Shown here in pieces: positions 28,220-36,876 of a stretch of 64,000 nucleotides of DNA (position 1 is its first letter; each line of letters begins with the position of its first letter). This DNA comes from Candidatus Omnitrophota bacterium (GTDB taxonomy: Bacteria > Omnitrophota > Gorgyraeia > Gygaellales > Profunditerraquicolaceae): NCBI GenBank assembly GCA_003598135.1, contig QZKA01000027.1, positions 20,788-84,787 of the forward strand, written 5' to 3'. The position numbers and the translations under genes were made by a program. Under the pieces are notes generated by a model, which was not told where the DNA came from, ran no database searches, and was given only the letters and a program-made list of their open reading frames with translations.

Positions 28220-29086
28220 ATGAAAGGGATTATATTAGCAGGTGGTAAAGCGACACGTCTCTATCCCATTACCAGGGCTGTGTGCAAACAATTGCTACCG
28301 GTCTATGATAAGCCGATGGTGTATTACCCCCTTTCATTGCTCATGCTTGCCGGCATCAAGGACATTTTGTTGATATCCACTCCTGAGGCGCTCCCCCGTT
28401 TCAAAGACTTGCTTGGCAACGGTTCAGAAATAGGGATCAAAATACGTTTTGCTGAACAACGAACGCCAAGAGGCATAGCGCAGGCATTAACTATCGCAGA
28501 GGGCTTTATCGGAAAAGACAAAGTATGCCTGGTGCTTGGGGATAATGTATTTTTCGGGCAGGGTTTATCCTCGCTTTTGAAAGAAGCAGTACGCCAGAAA
28601 GAAGGGGCAACTATTTTTGGCTATTATGTAAACGACCCTGCACGCTACGGAGTAATTGGGTTCGACCGTAAAGGCGGGGTATCTTCCATCGAGGAGAAGC
28701 CCAAGCGGCCAAAATCAAATTACGTGATCACCGGTATTTATTTTTATGATCATCTTGCCTGCAGCATTGCCAAGGCGCTGAAACCGTCGCAAAGGAAAGA
28801 GTTTGAGATTACCGATGTGAATAGGTATTATTTAGAACGCGGAAAGCTTAAGGTAAAATTGCTGGGTAGGGGGTATGCGTGGCTTGATATGGGAACGTAC
28901 GAGTCCCTAATGGAGGCATCAGAGTTTATTAAGACGATGGAACAGCGGCAGGGTGTCAAGGTCGGCTGCATCGAGGAAGTCGCCTACAAAAAAAGATATA
29001 TCGACGAAAGGCAATTACGTAAACTTGCAAAAGAAATACCTACCAGCTACGGTGACTATTTAAGGCGGTTGCTAAAAAATGAATGA
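28220..29086 (+). CDS. rfbA: Glucose-1-phosphate thymidylyltransferase
   Basis: MKGIILAGGKATRLYPIT...KQLLPVYDKPMVYYPLS is the canonical RmlA N-terminus. Confidence 0.85.
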   Translation: MKGIILAGGKATRLYPITRAVCKQLLPVYDKPMVYYPLSLLMLAGIKDILLISTPEALPRFKDLLGNGSEIGIKIRFAEQRTPRGIAQALTIAEGFIGKDKVCLVLGDNVFFGQGLSSLLKEAVRQKEGATIFGYYVNDPARYGVIGFDRKGGVSSIEEKPKRPKSNYVITGIYFYDHLACSIAKALKPSQRKEFEITDVNRYYLERGKLKVKLLGRGYAWLDMGTYESLMEASEFIKTMEQRQGVKVGCIEEVAYKKRYIDERQLRKLAKEIPTSYGDYLRRLLKNE

Positions 29087-29912
29087 AAGAATACTGATTC
29101 TGGGGAATGGGTATATCGGACAGAGATTGCATGAGGGCTTGGGGTGTGAGGTTTCTGAGCGCAAGATTTACTCGTTAGCTGACGCAGAGGAAGAAATAAA
29201 AAAATTTAAGCCCGCAGTCTTGATTAATGCAATAGGCTATATTGGTAATACGGTTGATGACTGCGAACAGGATAAAGATAAGGCGCTTATGGCCAATGCC
29301 TTTGTCCCGCTTATTCTCGGCGAAGCCGCAATAAGAAACCACATCAAGCTGGTCCATATAAGCAGCGGCTGTATTTATCGGTTCGATTACCTTTGTGATG
29401 ACCCGATTGCGGAAGAGAAGGTCCCGGATTATTTCGACCTTTTCTACAGCCGCACAAAGATATATTCGGAGCAACCCTTGCTCATTCTTTCGAAATCATA
29501 CCCGATTTTGATAGTAAGGATACGTGTGCCGCTTGACAACCGCCCCCACCCTAGAAACCTGCTAGATAAACTCATCAAGTATAAGAAAATTATCGATGTC
29601 CCCAATTCGCTTACCTATGTGCCTGATTTTATCCAGGCAATGAAGCACCTGCTTAAAGTTGATGCCCGGGGTATTTATAACGTAGTGAATAAAGGGAGCT
29701 TAAAGTACCCAGACCTAATGTATGTGTATAAAAAATATGTACCCGCCTTTGAGTATGAGGTAGTGGATCTTAAAAATCTTTCGCTTAAACGCACTAATCT
29801 GATTATGTCGTGCGAAAAACTTGAGAAAACGGGATTCAAGATGAGGAATATCAAGGATGTGTTGGAAGAATGCGTGAGGGAATACTTAAACGCCAGGGGA
29901 TCAACTCGATGA
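29079..29912 (+). CDS. dTDP-4-dehydro-6-deoxyhexose reductase-like SDR (RfbD/RmlD-like)
   Basis: Short 277-aa SDR with ILILGNGYIG. It sits between rfbA and rfbB with overlapping stop/starts. A specific RmlD assignment is tentative. Confidence 0.5.
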   Translation: MNERILILGNGYIGQRLHEGLGCEVSERKIYSLADAEEEIKKFKPAVLINAIGYIGNTVDDCEQDKDKALMANAFVPLILGEAAIRNHIKLVHISSGCIYRFDYLCDDPIAEEKVPDYFDLFYSRTKIYSEQPLLILSKSYPILIVRIRVPLDNRPHPRNLLDKLIKYKKIIDVPNSLTYVPDFIQAMKHLLKVDARGIYNVVNKGSLKYPDLMYVYKKYVPAFEYEVVDLKNLSLKRTNLIMSCEKLEKTGFKMRNIKDVLEECVREYLNARGSTR

Positions 29913-30901
29913 AAAGAGAGAAGTTATTGATTACCGGGGGGGCTGGTTTTATCGGGAGCACTTTCGTGAAGGAAGTTTTACAGGACGGCTTTACCCTGCC
30001 TGTTGTAGTAGATAAGCTTACCTATGCCGGCGACCTCTTGAGGTTGCAGGCAGTAAAAGGCCGTTATGTATTTTATAAAGCCGATATTATCGACAAGCAG
30101 TCCCTTAGGTCTGTTTTTAAAAAAGAGAAGCCGCACGCCGTCGTACATTTTGCCGCAGAGTCGCACGTCGACAGGAGTATCAGGGATGCGAGTACTTTTA
30201 TAGAAACGAATGTCCGCGGAACTCAGGTGCTTGCTGACGTGGCTAGAGAATATAATGTTAAGAGGTTTATTCATATTTCAACCGACGAGGTATACGGAGA
30301 AATTAGAAAAGGGGGTTTTCCCGAATCGCATCCACTATGCCCGAGTTCGCCTTATTCTGCAGCAAAGGCAGCAGCTGACTTGTTGGTGATTTCTTATATC
30401 AGGACGCACGGCTTTCCGGCTATTATAGTCAGGCCCAGTAATATTTATGGCCCCTGGCAATACCCGGAGAAATTAGTACCTTGGGCAGTGCTGTGCCTGC
30501 TTAAAAAGCAAAAAATTCCCGTTTACGGCAGGGGGCAAAACATAAGGGAGTGGCTTTTTGTAGGCGATTGCGTTGCCGGAATACTTGATATTTTAAAAAG
30601 GGGCAGAGCCGGAGAAATCTATAATCTAGGTAGTGGTGAGGAAAGAAAAAATATGGAGGTGGTACAGGCAATCCTTACGCAGGCGCATAAGGGAAGGTCC
30701 TGGATTGTGTTTGTGAAGGACCGGCAAGGCCACGATATCCGCTATAGAATGGATTCCCGTAAGATACGAAAAGAACTCGGATGGAAGCCGTCATTGGATT
30801 TTGAAAAAGGTCTCAAAGCAACGGTTGAGTGGTGCCTGGATAACAGGGAATGGCTTTTGCGCAAATGGCGTTATATCGCGCCATTTTATCATAGAGAATA
30901 A
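29909..30901 (+). CDS. rfbB: dTDP-glucose 4,6-dehydratase
   Basis: LLITGGAGFIGS...VVVDKLTYAGDL matches RmlB. The start at 29909 (MKREK) gives the typical ATGA overlap with the upstream gene; the track's 29870 start is rejected. Confidence 0.85.
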   Translation: MKREKLLITGGAGFIGSTFVKEVLQDGFTLPVVVDKLTYAGDLLRLQAVKGRYVFYKADIIDKQSLRSVFKKEKPHAVVHFAAESHVDRSIRDASTFIETNVRGTQVLADVAREYNVKRFIHISTDEVYGEIRKGGFPESHPLCPSSPYSAAKAAADLLVISYIRTHGFPAIIVRPSNIYGPWQYPEKLVPWAVLCLLKKQKIPVYGRGQNIREWLFVGDCVAGILDILKRGRAGEIYNLGSGEERKNMEVVQAILTQAHKGRSWIVFVKDRQGHDIRYRMDSRKIRKELGWKPSLDFEKGLKATVEWCLDNREWLLRKWRYIAPFYHRE

Positions 30902-31165
30902 ATGTGGCTTGTAATCGGTTCTCTGGCGGCTTGTTGTACCATGTTTGCCTTTATTCCGCAAATCATCAAAGTCGTAAGGACAAAATCCGCTAAAGACGTA
31001 AGCGCTATTACCGTCTTACAGCTTTCTTTCGGGGTGACTTTGTGGATAGCCTACGGCATACACCTTAAAGATGCGGTGATTATCGTTGCAAATAGCATTA
31101 CCCTGTGCAGTACTATTGTGCTTTATTTGCTCTATTTAAGATATAAAGAAGGAAGCCGGCACTAA
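30902..31165 (+). CDS. SemiSWEET / PQ-loop family 3-TM membrane protein
   Basis: An 87-aa, 3-helix protein with the signature FIPQIIKVVRTKS...LW.AYG......IIVAN....L. This fits the bacterial SemiSWEET pattern (F.PQ..K..RT.S / LW..YG / N). Confidence 0.6.
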   Translation: MWLVIGSLAACCTMFAFIPQIIKVVRTKSAKDVSAITVLQLSFGVTLWIAYGIHLKDAVIIVANSITLCSTIVLYLLYLRYKEGSRH

Positions 31166-31228
31166 AAGAGGCCTACGGGGTTTTGTGTTACCATAGTGCG
31201 CATCTTAAAAAAGAAAGCATAGACGACG

Positions 31229-32482
31229 ATGTTTTCACTTGGCAAATTCTTTAAGGGCGGTGACGGGTTTGGCCGCAACGTGCTTGTGGTGTTCTTCGGT
31301 ACTTCCCTGCTCAGTATCTTTAATCTTCTTTATCAGCTCCTTATAGCGCACCGGCTCAGCCCTGTGGATTTCGCCGTATTTAATTCTTTATTATCCCTGT
31401 TTCTCATATTCTCCGCTCCTTTGCTTACCCTGCAGGCTGTAACTGCAAAGTTTGCCGCTGAATTTGCCGCACGCAGCGAGGTCAATAAAATCAAAACCTT
31501 ATTTTCCGGGCTTCTTTTAAAGAGCGTGCTTTTCTCCCTTGGGACTTTTTTTGTCTTTCTTGTATGTGCTCCCCGCATTGCCTCAAGTTTAAAAATACCC
31601 TCTTATGGGCCGGTGTATATGCTTATGTGGTTGGTTGCGTTTGCATGGATTCTGCCCGTATTATTGGGCGGCCTCCAGGGGCTAAAAAAATTTAACTGGT
31701 TCGTATTTTCTTCGATAAGCGGCGGAGGGCTGAAACTGGTTTTGGCATTTGTATTCATTAGTTTTGGCTTCGGCATAAGCGGGGCGCTCGGCGGATATCT
31801 GGTCGCTACTATCGTTACTATCCTTATTGCAATGGTTGCGCTGCGGTCTTTTATCGTTGGGAAGGAGCAATGGGTTTATGTACATTTTAAGGAAATTTAC
31901 AGATATTTCTTCCCCCTCATTATCAGTAACCTCTGTTTTACGGGGCTGGTGAATAGCGATATGGTGTTGGTAAAATACTATTTTAGCCCTGAGAAGGCAG
32001 GCCTTTATTCCCTATCTCAAATGGTCGGAAAGATTTTTTTATTCCTTCCGATGGCTATCAGCGTAGTCATGTTTCCCCATGCCAGTTCCTTAAACGCCAA
32101 GGCGCAAGATGCCCGCCCCGTTCTGAATAAGTCGCTTTTATATGCCACGACCTTATGCGTCGCTGCAATCCTTTTTTATAACCTTTTCCCGGAGCGGACG
32201 CTTATTTTACTTACAGGCAAGATTTACCCGGAGTCGATTTTTGTTGGAAGGCTTTTCAGTGTTTCCATGACCGGCTTTGCATTATCTTTTCTGTTAATGA
32301 ATTATTTTCTCTCCGTTAAGGACCTGCGTTTTATCAAATTCATTTTTATAATTGCGGGTATACAGCTATTGTCGATTTTGATTATTCATCGCAGCCTCGC
32401 AGAGGTCCAGTATATTCTCTGCGTGAGCGCGCTTGTACTTTTTTCATCGTTATTCATATTATCCAGGAAGAGTTCGGCATGA
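31229..32482 (+). CDS. wzx: Wzx-like oligosaccharide/polysaccharide flippase (MOP superfamily)
   Basis: A 417-aa protein with about 12 TM helices and the polysaccharide-biosynthesis-protein topology. Confidence 0.7.
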   Translation: MFSLGKFFKGGDGFGRNVLVVFFGTSLLSIFNLLYQLLIAHRLSPVDFAVFNSLLSLFLIFSAPLLTLQAVTAKFAAEFAARSEVNKIKTLFSGLLLKSVLFSLGTFFVFLVCAPRIASSLKIPSYGPVYMLMWLVAFAWILPVLLGGLQGLKKFNWFVFSSISGGGLKLVLAFVFISFGFGISGALGGYLVATIVTILIAMVALRSFIVGKEQWVYVHFKEIYRYFFPLIISNLCFTGLVNSDMVLVKYYFSPEKAGLYSLSQMVGKIFLFLPMAISVVMFPHASSLNAKAQDARPVLNKSLLYATTLCVAAILFYNLFPERTLILLTGKIYPESIFVGRLFSVSMTGFALSFLLMNYFLSVKDLRFIKFIFIIAGIQLLSILIIHRSLAEVQYILCVSALVLFSSLFILSRKSSA

Positions 32483-33279
32483 AGAACCTGACAACAGAAA
32501 AAGTCTCTATTATCATGCCTGCGTTTAACGAGGCAGAACATATCGTCAATAGCATCAGAGAGACTGCCAAGACTTTTCAGGAATTTGGATGCGCCTGGGA
32601 GTTGATTGTTATTGATGACGGTTCCACCGATTCTACGTTCGAATTGGCAAGATCCCTCTGTAGCGAATTCCCCGGGAATCTTATCGTGAAGAAAAATGCT
32701 CATCGAGCCAGGGGAAAAGGGCGAGCATTCAAAAAGGCGTTTCATTATGTAAGTGGTGATTATGTTGTTTTTTTGGATGCGGATATGGACCTGCATCCTA
32801 TTCAGGTACAAACGCTCTTTGATATCATGAGATTCGATAATGCAGACGTGGTTATCGGTTCAAAGCTACACCCTAACTCGATCGTAAATTATCCAGGGCA
32901 TCGTCGGATAATGAGTCTTGTATATTATTACCTCATTAAGATCTTGTTTAACTTGCCTTGCCGCGATACCCAGACCGGGCTAAAATTATTCAAGACCGAG
33001 GTATTACGTAAAGTCTTTCCGCGCCTATTAGTCAAAAAATTTGCCTACGATTTAGAAGTTTTGGTAAATGCGCACCATCTGGGATTTCAGATTGCTGAGG
33101 CCCCTATAAAGCTTAGTTCTCAGAGGAAGTACGGAAGGATAGGCCTCAGGGCCGTATGTGCCACTACTTGGGATACTCTGGCTATATTTTACCGCATGTA
33201 TGTCTTGAAATATTATGACCGTATCGATTATCATCGCCGTAAAAACCTGGCAAAGGAATTTAGAAGAATGCGTCGTTAG
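32479..33279 (+). CDS. GT2 glycosyltransferase, Dpm1/GtrB-like (polyprenyl-phosphate sugar synthase type)
   Basis: VSIIMPAFNEAEHI...LIVIDDGSTDST and DADMD (DxD). Length 266 aa. Confidence 0.75.
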   Translation: MKNLTTEKVSIIMPAFNEAEHIVNSIRETAKTFQEFGCAWELIVIDDGSTDSTFELARSLCSEFPGNLIVKKNAHRARGKGRAFKKAFHYVSGDYVVFLDADMDLHPIQVQTLFDIMRFDNADVVIGSKLHPNSIVNYPGHRRIMSLVYYYLIKILFNLPCRDTQTGLKLFKTEVLRKVFPRLLVKKFAYDLEVLVNAHHLGFQIAEAPIKLSSQRKYGRIGLRAVCATTWDTLAIFYRMYVLKYYDRIDYHRRKNLAKEFRRMRR

Positions 33280-34189
33280 GTGCATTGAGCTGTCGCAGAG
33301 CAATTTTGAAATCATCATCTTGCCCGACGAACCTTTCTCTTTCGATTTATTGCCAAGGCAGGCATCTGTTCCTATTGCGATTATCCCCACCGGAAGCGTG
33401 ACTCCCGCAAAAAAAAGAGATCTTGGTGTTACGCATGCAAAAGGCGAAATACTGGCATTTTTGGATGATGACGCCTATCCCGACAAAAACTGGCTGGTAA
33501 ACGCAGTGAGGCATTTTCAAGACTCCAAAGTTGCGGCTGTTGCCGGCCCAGCAGTGACACCGACAACTGATTCGATAAAACAGAGGGCAAGCGGGGAGGT
33601 GTATTCCTCGTTTCTGGTGAGCGGCAGTTACGCCTACCGTTATTTTCCGAATCGACAAAGAGAAGTTGACGACTATCCGAGCTGTAATTTCCTGGTCCGT
33701 AAATCCGTAATGGAAGAGATAGGGGGGTTCAATACCAATTTTTGGCCGGGTGAAGATACCAAGCTGTGCTTAGAGATAACGAAGAAACTGCATAAAAAAA
33801 TCACCTACGATCCGAAAGTCCTGGTCTTTCATCACCGCAGGCCCTTGTTTATTCCTCATTTAAAACAAATTGCAAGTTACGCATTGCATCGCGGCTACTT
33901 TGTAAAAAAGTACCCTGAAACTTCTTTAAGGGTTGCATATTTTATACCAAGCGTCTTTCTTGCTGCGCTTGTCATCGGCGCAGTATTTTCTCTATTCTTC
34001 CCAGCCCTAATCAACATTTATATTGCTGGCCTGCTATGTTACTTCGTACTTGTGCTCTTGGAAGCTATACGTAAAAACCCTCGTTTGATTTTTTATGTAT
34101 TCCTTGGGATAATCCTGACGCACCTGACATACGGAGCTTATTTTATAAAAGGCTTATTCCGAAAAAGGCTCCCGGAGGAGGAAGAATGA
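33215..34189 (+). CDS. GT2 glycosyltransferase with a C-terminal transmembrane anchor
   Basis: VSIIIAVKTW...LDDDAYPD (DxD) is the GT-A core. Three predicted C-terminal TM helices follow. It overlaps the upstream GT2 by 65 nt. Confidence 0.65.
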   Translation: MTVSIIIAVKTWQRNLEECVVRCIELSQSNFEIIILPDEPFSFDLLPRQASVPIAIIPTGSVTPAKKRDLGVTHAKGEILAFLDDDAYPDKNWLVNAVRHFQDSKVAAVAGPAVTPTTDSIKQRASGEVYSSFLVSGSYAYRYFPNRQREVDDYPSCNFLVRKSVMEEIGGFNTNFWPGEDTKLCLEITKKLHKKITYDPKVLVFHHRRPLFIPHLKQIASYALHRGYFVKKYPETSLRVAYFIPSVFLAALVIGAVFSLFFPALINIYIAGLLCYFVLVLLEAIRKNPRLIFYVFLGIILTHLTYGAYFIKGLFRKRLPEEEE

Positions 34190-35697
34190 AGGTCATTATC
34201 TCATACCCTCCGCTTGATGCAGCGAAAGGCTGTCCGACTCTCGGCCAGAACAGGCAGTTCCAATATTTTAAAGACCCTACCTTTATTTATCCGGTAGTAC
34301 CGGCACAGGCCGCCACATTACTTAAAAACTCAGGTTTCAAGGTAATCTGGAATGATTGCATTGCCTTGGGCTGGACATATGAGCAGTTTCTAGACTTCGT
34401 AAAAGAGGAAAAGCCTGACTTAATCGCCTTTGAGACCAAAACTCCCGTAATCAAGCAGCATTGGCAGATTATCAATAATATCAAACGACTTTCGTCAGCC
34501 GGCTGCCGTCCGTGGATAGTGCTCTTCGGCGACCACGTGACTGCGCTTCCCGAAGAGTCGTTTCAAAATTCAGAGGTTGATTATGTTCTTACCGGAGGCG
34601 ATTACGACTTTTTGCTGCTTAACCTGTGCAAATTTCTATCTTCTCAACTCAATACTCAATACTCAATACACAATACATCACTAGAGCCCGGAATCTATTA
34701 TCGCGAACATAAAGAAGTAAAAAACACCGGAAAATTCCAGCTCAATCATGACTTGAGCCAACTCCCTTTTATAGACCGTGATCTTACAGGCTGGGAAATG
34801 TACGCGTATCAAAACGGAAACTATAAACGGACTCCGGGGACTTATATTATGAGCGGCAGGGATTGCTGGTGGGCGCGCTGTTCTTTTTGCTCATGGCCGA
34901 CTCTCTATCCGTCGTTTAGGGTAAGAAATATAGATAATGTATTGGATGAAATAGGCATGCTTTTGGAGCGTTACAAGGTACGCGAAATAATGGATGATAC
35001 GGGATGTTTTCCTGCTGGGGATTGGCTTGGAGATTTTTGTTGCGGTTTGCTGAAACGGGGATACGAGAAGAAAATGTACATAGATTGCAATGCCCGGTTC
35101 GGCGCTCTGAGTAAGATTGATTTCAAGTTAATGAGAAAGGCAGGGTTTCGTTTGTTGCTATTTGGCCTTGAGTCCGCCAATCAAAAGACACTCGATAGAA
35201 TAAATAAGAACGTCAAGGTAGAAAGAATGATCGCCGATTGTCAGAATGCCTCCAGGGCAGGCCTCTTTCCACACATCACTATTATGTTTGGCTATCCCTG
35301 GGAATCGTTCGAAGATGCATCCCGAACGCTTCAATTGGGGTCATGGTTGTTGAAAAAGGGATATGCGTACACTATGCAGGCGACTATTGTCATACCATAT
35401 CCCGGGACTCCTTTATTTCAGGAGTGTAAAGAAGAGGGATGGCTTAAGACCGTTGATTGGGATAGGTATGATATGAAAGAAGCAGTGATGCGTATTCCTT
35501 TTGCCGAAGATGCGATGCGCCAGTTGGTACAAGGCATGTATAAAGTCTCTTTCGGCCCTGAGTTTATCGCAAGAAGGTTATTCTCAATCAGAGACACGGA
35601 TGACGTAGCGTATTTCCTCCGTGCTGCAAAAAAAGTGCTCGGGCATATTTTTGACTTTAGGAATAAAAAGTCATGTAATGGAAAAAAGCAAGTATAG
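34186..35697 (+). CDS. Cobalamin-binding (class B) radical SAM protein with a non-canonical Cx4Cx2C cluster motif
   Basis: Has an N-terminal B12-binding-like Rossmann domain and the motif CWWARCSFC in place of the usual CxxxCxxC. A downstream GLESANQKTLD motif is typical of radical SAM proteins. The start overlaps the upstream GT2 stop (ATGA). Confidence 0.7.
   Translation: MKVIISYPPLDAAKGCPTLGQNRQFQYFKDPTFIYPVVPAQAATLLKNSGFKVIWNDCIALGWTYEQFLDFVKEEKPDLIAFETKTPVIKQHWQIINNIKRLSSAGCRPWIVLFGDHVTALPEESFQNSEVDYVLTGGDYDFLLLNLCKFLSSQLNTQYSIHNTSLEPGIYYREHKEVKNTGKFQLNHDLSQLPFIDRDLTGWEMYAYQNGNYKRTPGTYIMSGRDCWWARCSFCSWPTLYPSFRVRNIDNVLDEIGMLLERYKVREIMDDTGCFPAGDWLGDFCCGLLKRGYEKKMYIDCNARFGALSKIDFKLMRKAGFRLLLFGLESANQKTLDRINKNVKVERMIADCQNASRAGLFPHITIMFGYPWESFEDASRTLQLGSWLLKKGYAYTMQATIVIPYPGTPLFQECKEEGWLKTVDWDRYDMKEAVMRIPFAEDAMRQLVQGMYKVSFGPEFIARRLFSIRDTDDVAYFLRAAKKVLGHIFDFRNKKSCNGKKQV
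34649..34676 (+). repeat. Imperfect tandem heptanucleotide repeat (TCAATAC x3 perfect plus one ACAATAC) inside the radical SAM CDS
   Basis: Read directly from the sequence: tcaatac tcaatac tcaatac acaatac. The encoded peptide is NTQYSIHNT. Confidence 0.5.
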
Positions 35698-36703
35698 CTA
35701 TTCAGTCGACGGACATAACCGGCTTCTGATAAAATCCCCAGGAAGCAAAAAAGCTGTTTCCCCCAACGGACAATTCCGGGTAACCAGAGATAACGGACTT
35801 TCGTTTTGGCTCAATGAGCCTCCTTCCTGGAGAAAAGAAAACAACCTTCCTAAGAAAATTACTTTTACCGGAACCTGGCAGCTGGATGAAAAGAACGGCC
35901 TGGAGTTCATTCTGGATAAAAGCAGATATCAAAATGCAGGAGAGAAGATTAGCTTTAAAGGCAAGCTCTTTGCGGTTGACGGAAATTCTGTCGCCTTTTC
36001 GATTTCCAGTTATAAAGAAGCGGCTTTGCGCTTGAGCCGTATCCAGACATTCAGGCTTGCCGGCTTATGGCAGGCAGATAAATATAACCGCCTCAATTTT
36101 ATTATCAGCCGGAAATTGCATTCTGATACGCTTACATTTGAGGGCGGCTGGCAGATCAACAAAAACCAGCAGATTGTGTATATATGCGAGAAGACAGGCC
36201 TCAAGAACAAAACCAGGATTTCTGAAGAAGTGGTATTGCGGGGTTATTGGCAGATAGTAAATAATAGAAGGTTAGTATATATACTTTCCCATAACGGCGA
36301 TTCCTGTCTTGAGTTCCGCGTCCAGCTCGAAACACCTAATCTCTACCCTCAAAAGGGAAAAATAAAGTTTCGTCTTGGAGTAGGCCTTAAAAAGAACAGG
36401 CCACCTGTGCCAAAAACTATTTGTCTTTACGGAGAGTGGAAGTTTTCCCACAAGTGGGGGTTAGTTTTTGCAATGGATTACGGGGCAGGAACAGTACACA
36501 ACATTGAGTTCGGTTTTACAGTTGCAGTACATAACGCAGACAGTATTTCGGTAAGTTTGACAAACAAACAAAACGAACCCCTTGGTATTACGGTTACTTT
36601 TACGCATCGTTTTTTAAAAGAACATGGCGCGCAAGGTTTTATCCGGTTAAAACCGGAAAGGAAAAGGTCGGGCCTGGAAGCAGGATTTACTTTTCCGTTT
36701 TAA
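35678..36703 (+). CDS. Uncharacterised cytoplasmic protein with five internal G-x-W-Q beta-hairpin-like repeats
   Basis: The repeats are TGTWQLDEKNGLEFIL, AGLWQADKYNRLNFII, EGGWQINKNQQIVYIC, RGYWQIVNNRRLVYIL and YGEWKFSHKWGLVFAM. It has no signal peptide. The start is taken at MEKSK (35678), overlapping the upstream gene by 20 nt. Confidence 0.5.
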   Translation: MEKSKYSYSVDGHNRLLIKSPGSKKAVSPNGQFRVTRDNGLSFWLNEPPSWRKENNLPKKITFTGTWQLDEKNGLEFILDKSRYQNAGEKISFKGKLFAVDGNSVAFSISSYKEAALRLSRIQTFRLAGLWQADKYNRLNFIISRKLHSDTLTFEGGWQINKNQQIVYICEKTGLKNKTRISEEVVLRGYWQIVNNRRLVYILSHNGDSCLEFRVQLETPNLYPQKGKIKFRLGVGLKKNRPPVPKTICLYGEWKFSHKWGLVFAMDYGAGTVHNIEFGFTVAVHNADSISVSLTNKQNEPLGITVTFTHRFLKEHGAQGFIRLKPERKRSGLEAGFTFPF

Positions 36704-36876
36704 AGCCATTTCTGCAGCATAAAAAGCTTTTAAAAGTTCATAACGTATGGGATAATAATAAGTTAAATACCTTTTAAAACAAAGAATCTTTTAGAAAAAT
36801 GCGGCTGTACGGTTAATAGGGATAAACAGGCGCGTTGCTGGTTTATAATAAATTTTGCTTTGTAGAGGAGCCTAAA

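Noticed and set aside
34642-34676. Heptamer tandem repeat considered as a CRISPR or other repeat element
   Set aside because: The 7-nt units are far too short and lie inside a CDS with no spacers. It is kept only as a possible slipped-strand site, not as a CRISPR array or mobile element.
36728-36737. AAAAGCTTTT palindrome after the repeat-protein gene as a possible terminator
   Set aside because: It is an A/T-only 10-nt palindrome that includes a HindIII site. It has no GC stem and no downstream U-tract context, so it is not a credible intrinsic terminator.
36835-36876. ATG at 36835 as the start of Gfo/Idh/MocA copy 1
   Set aside because: The GTG at 36877 is preceded by a GAGGAG RBS at ideal spacing and gives the family-typical N-terminus (KINLGIIGCGHWG). 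The upstream 14 codons (MLVYNKFCFVEEPK) have no RBS.
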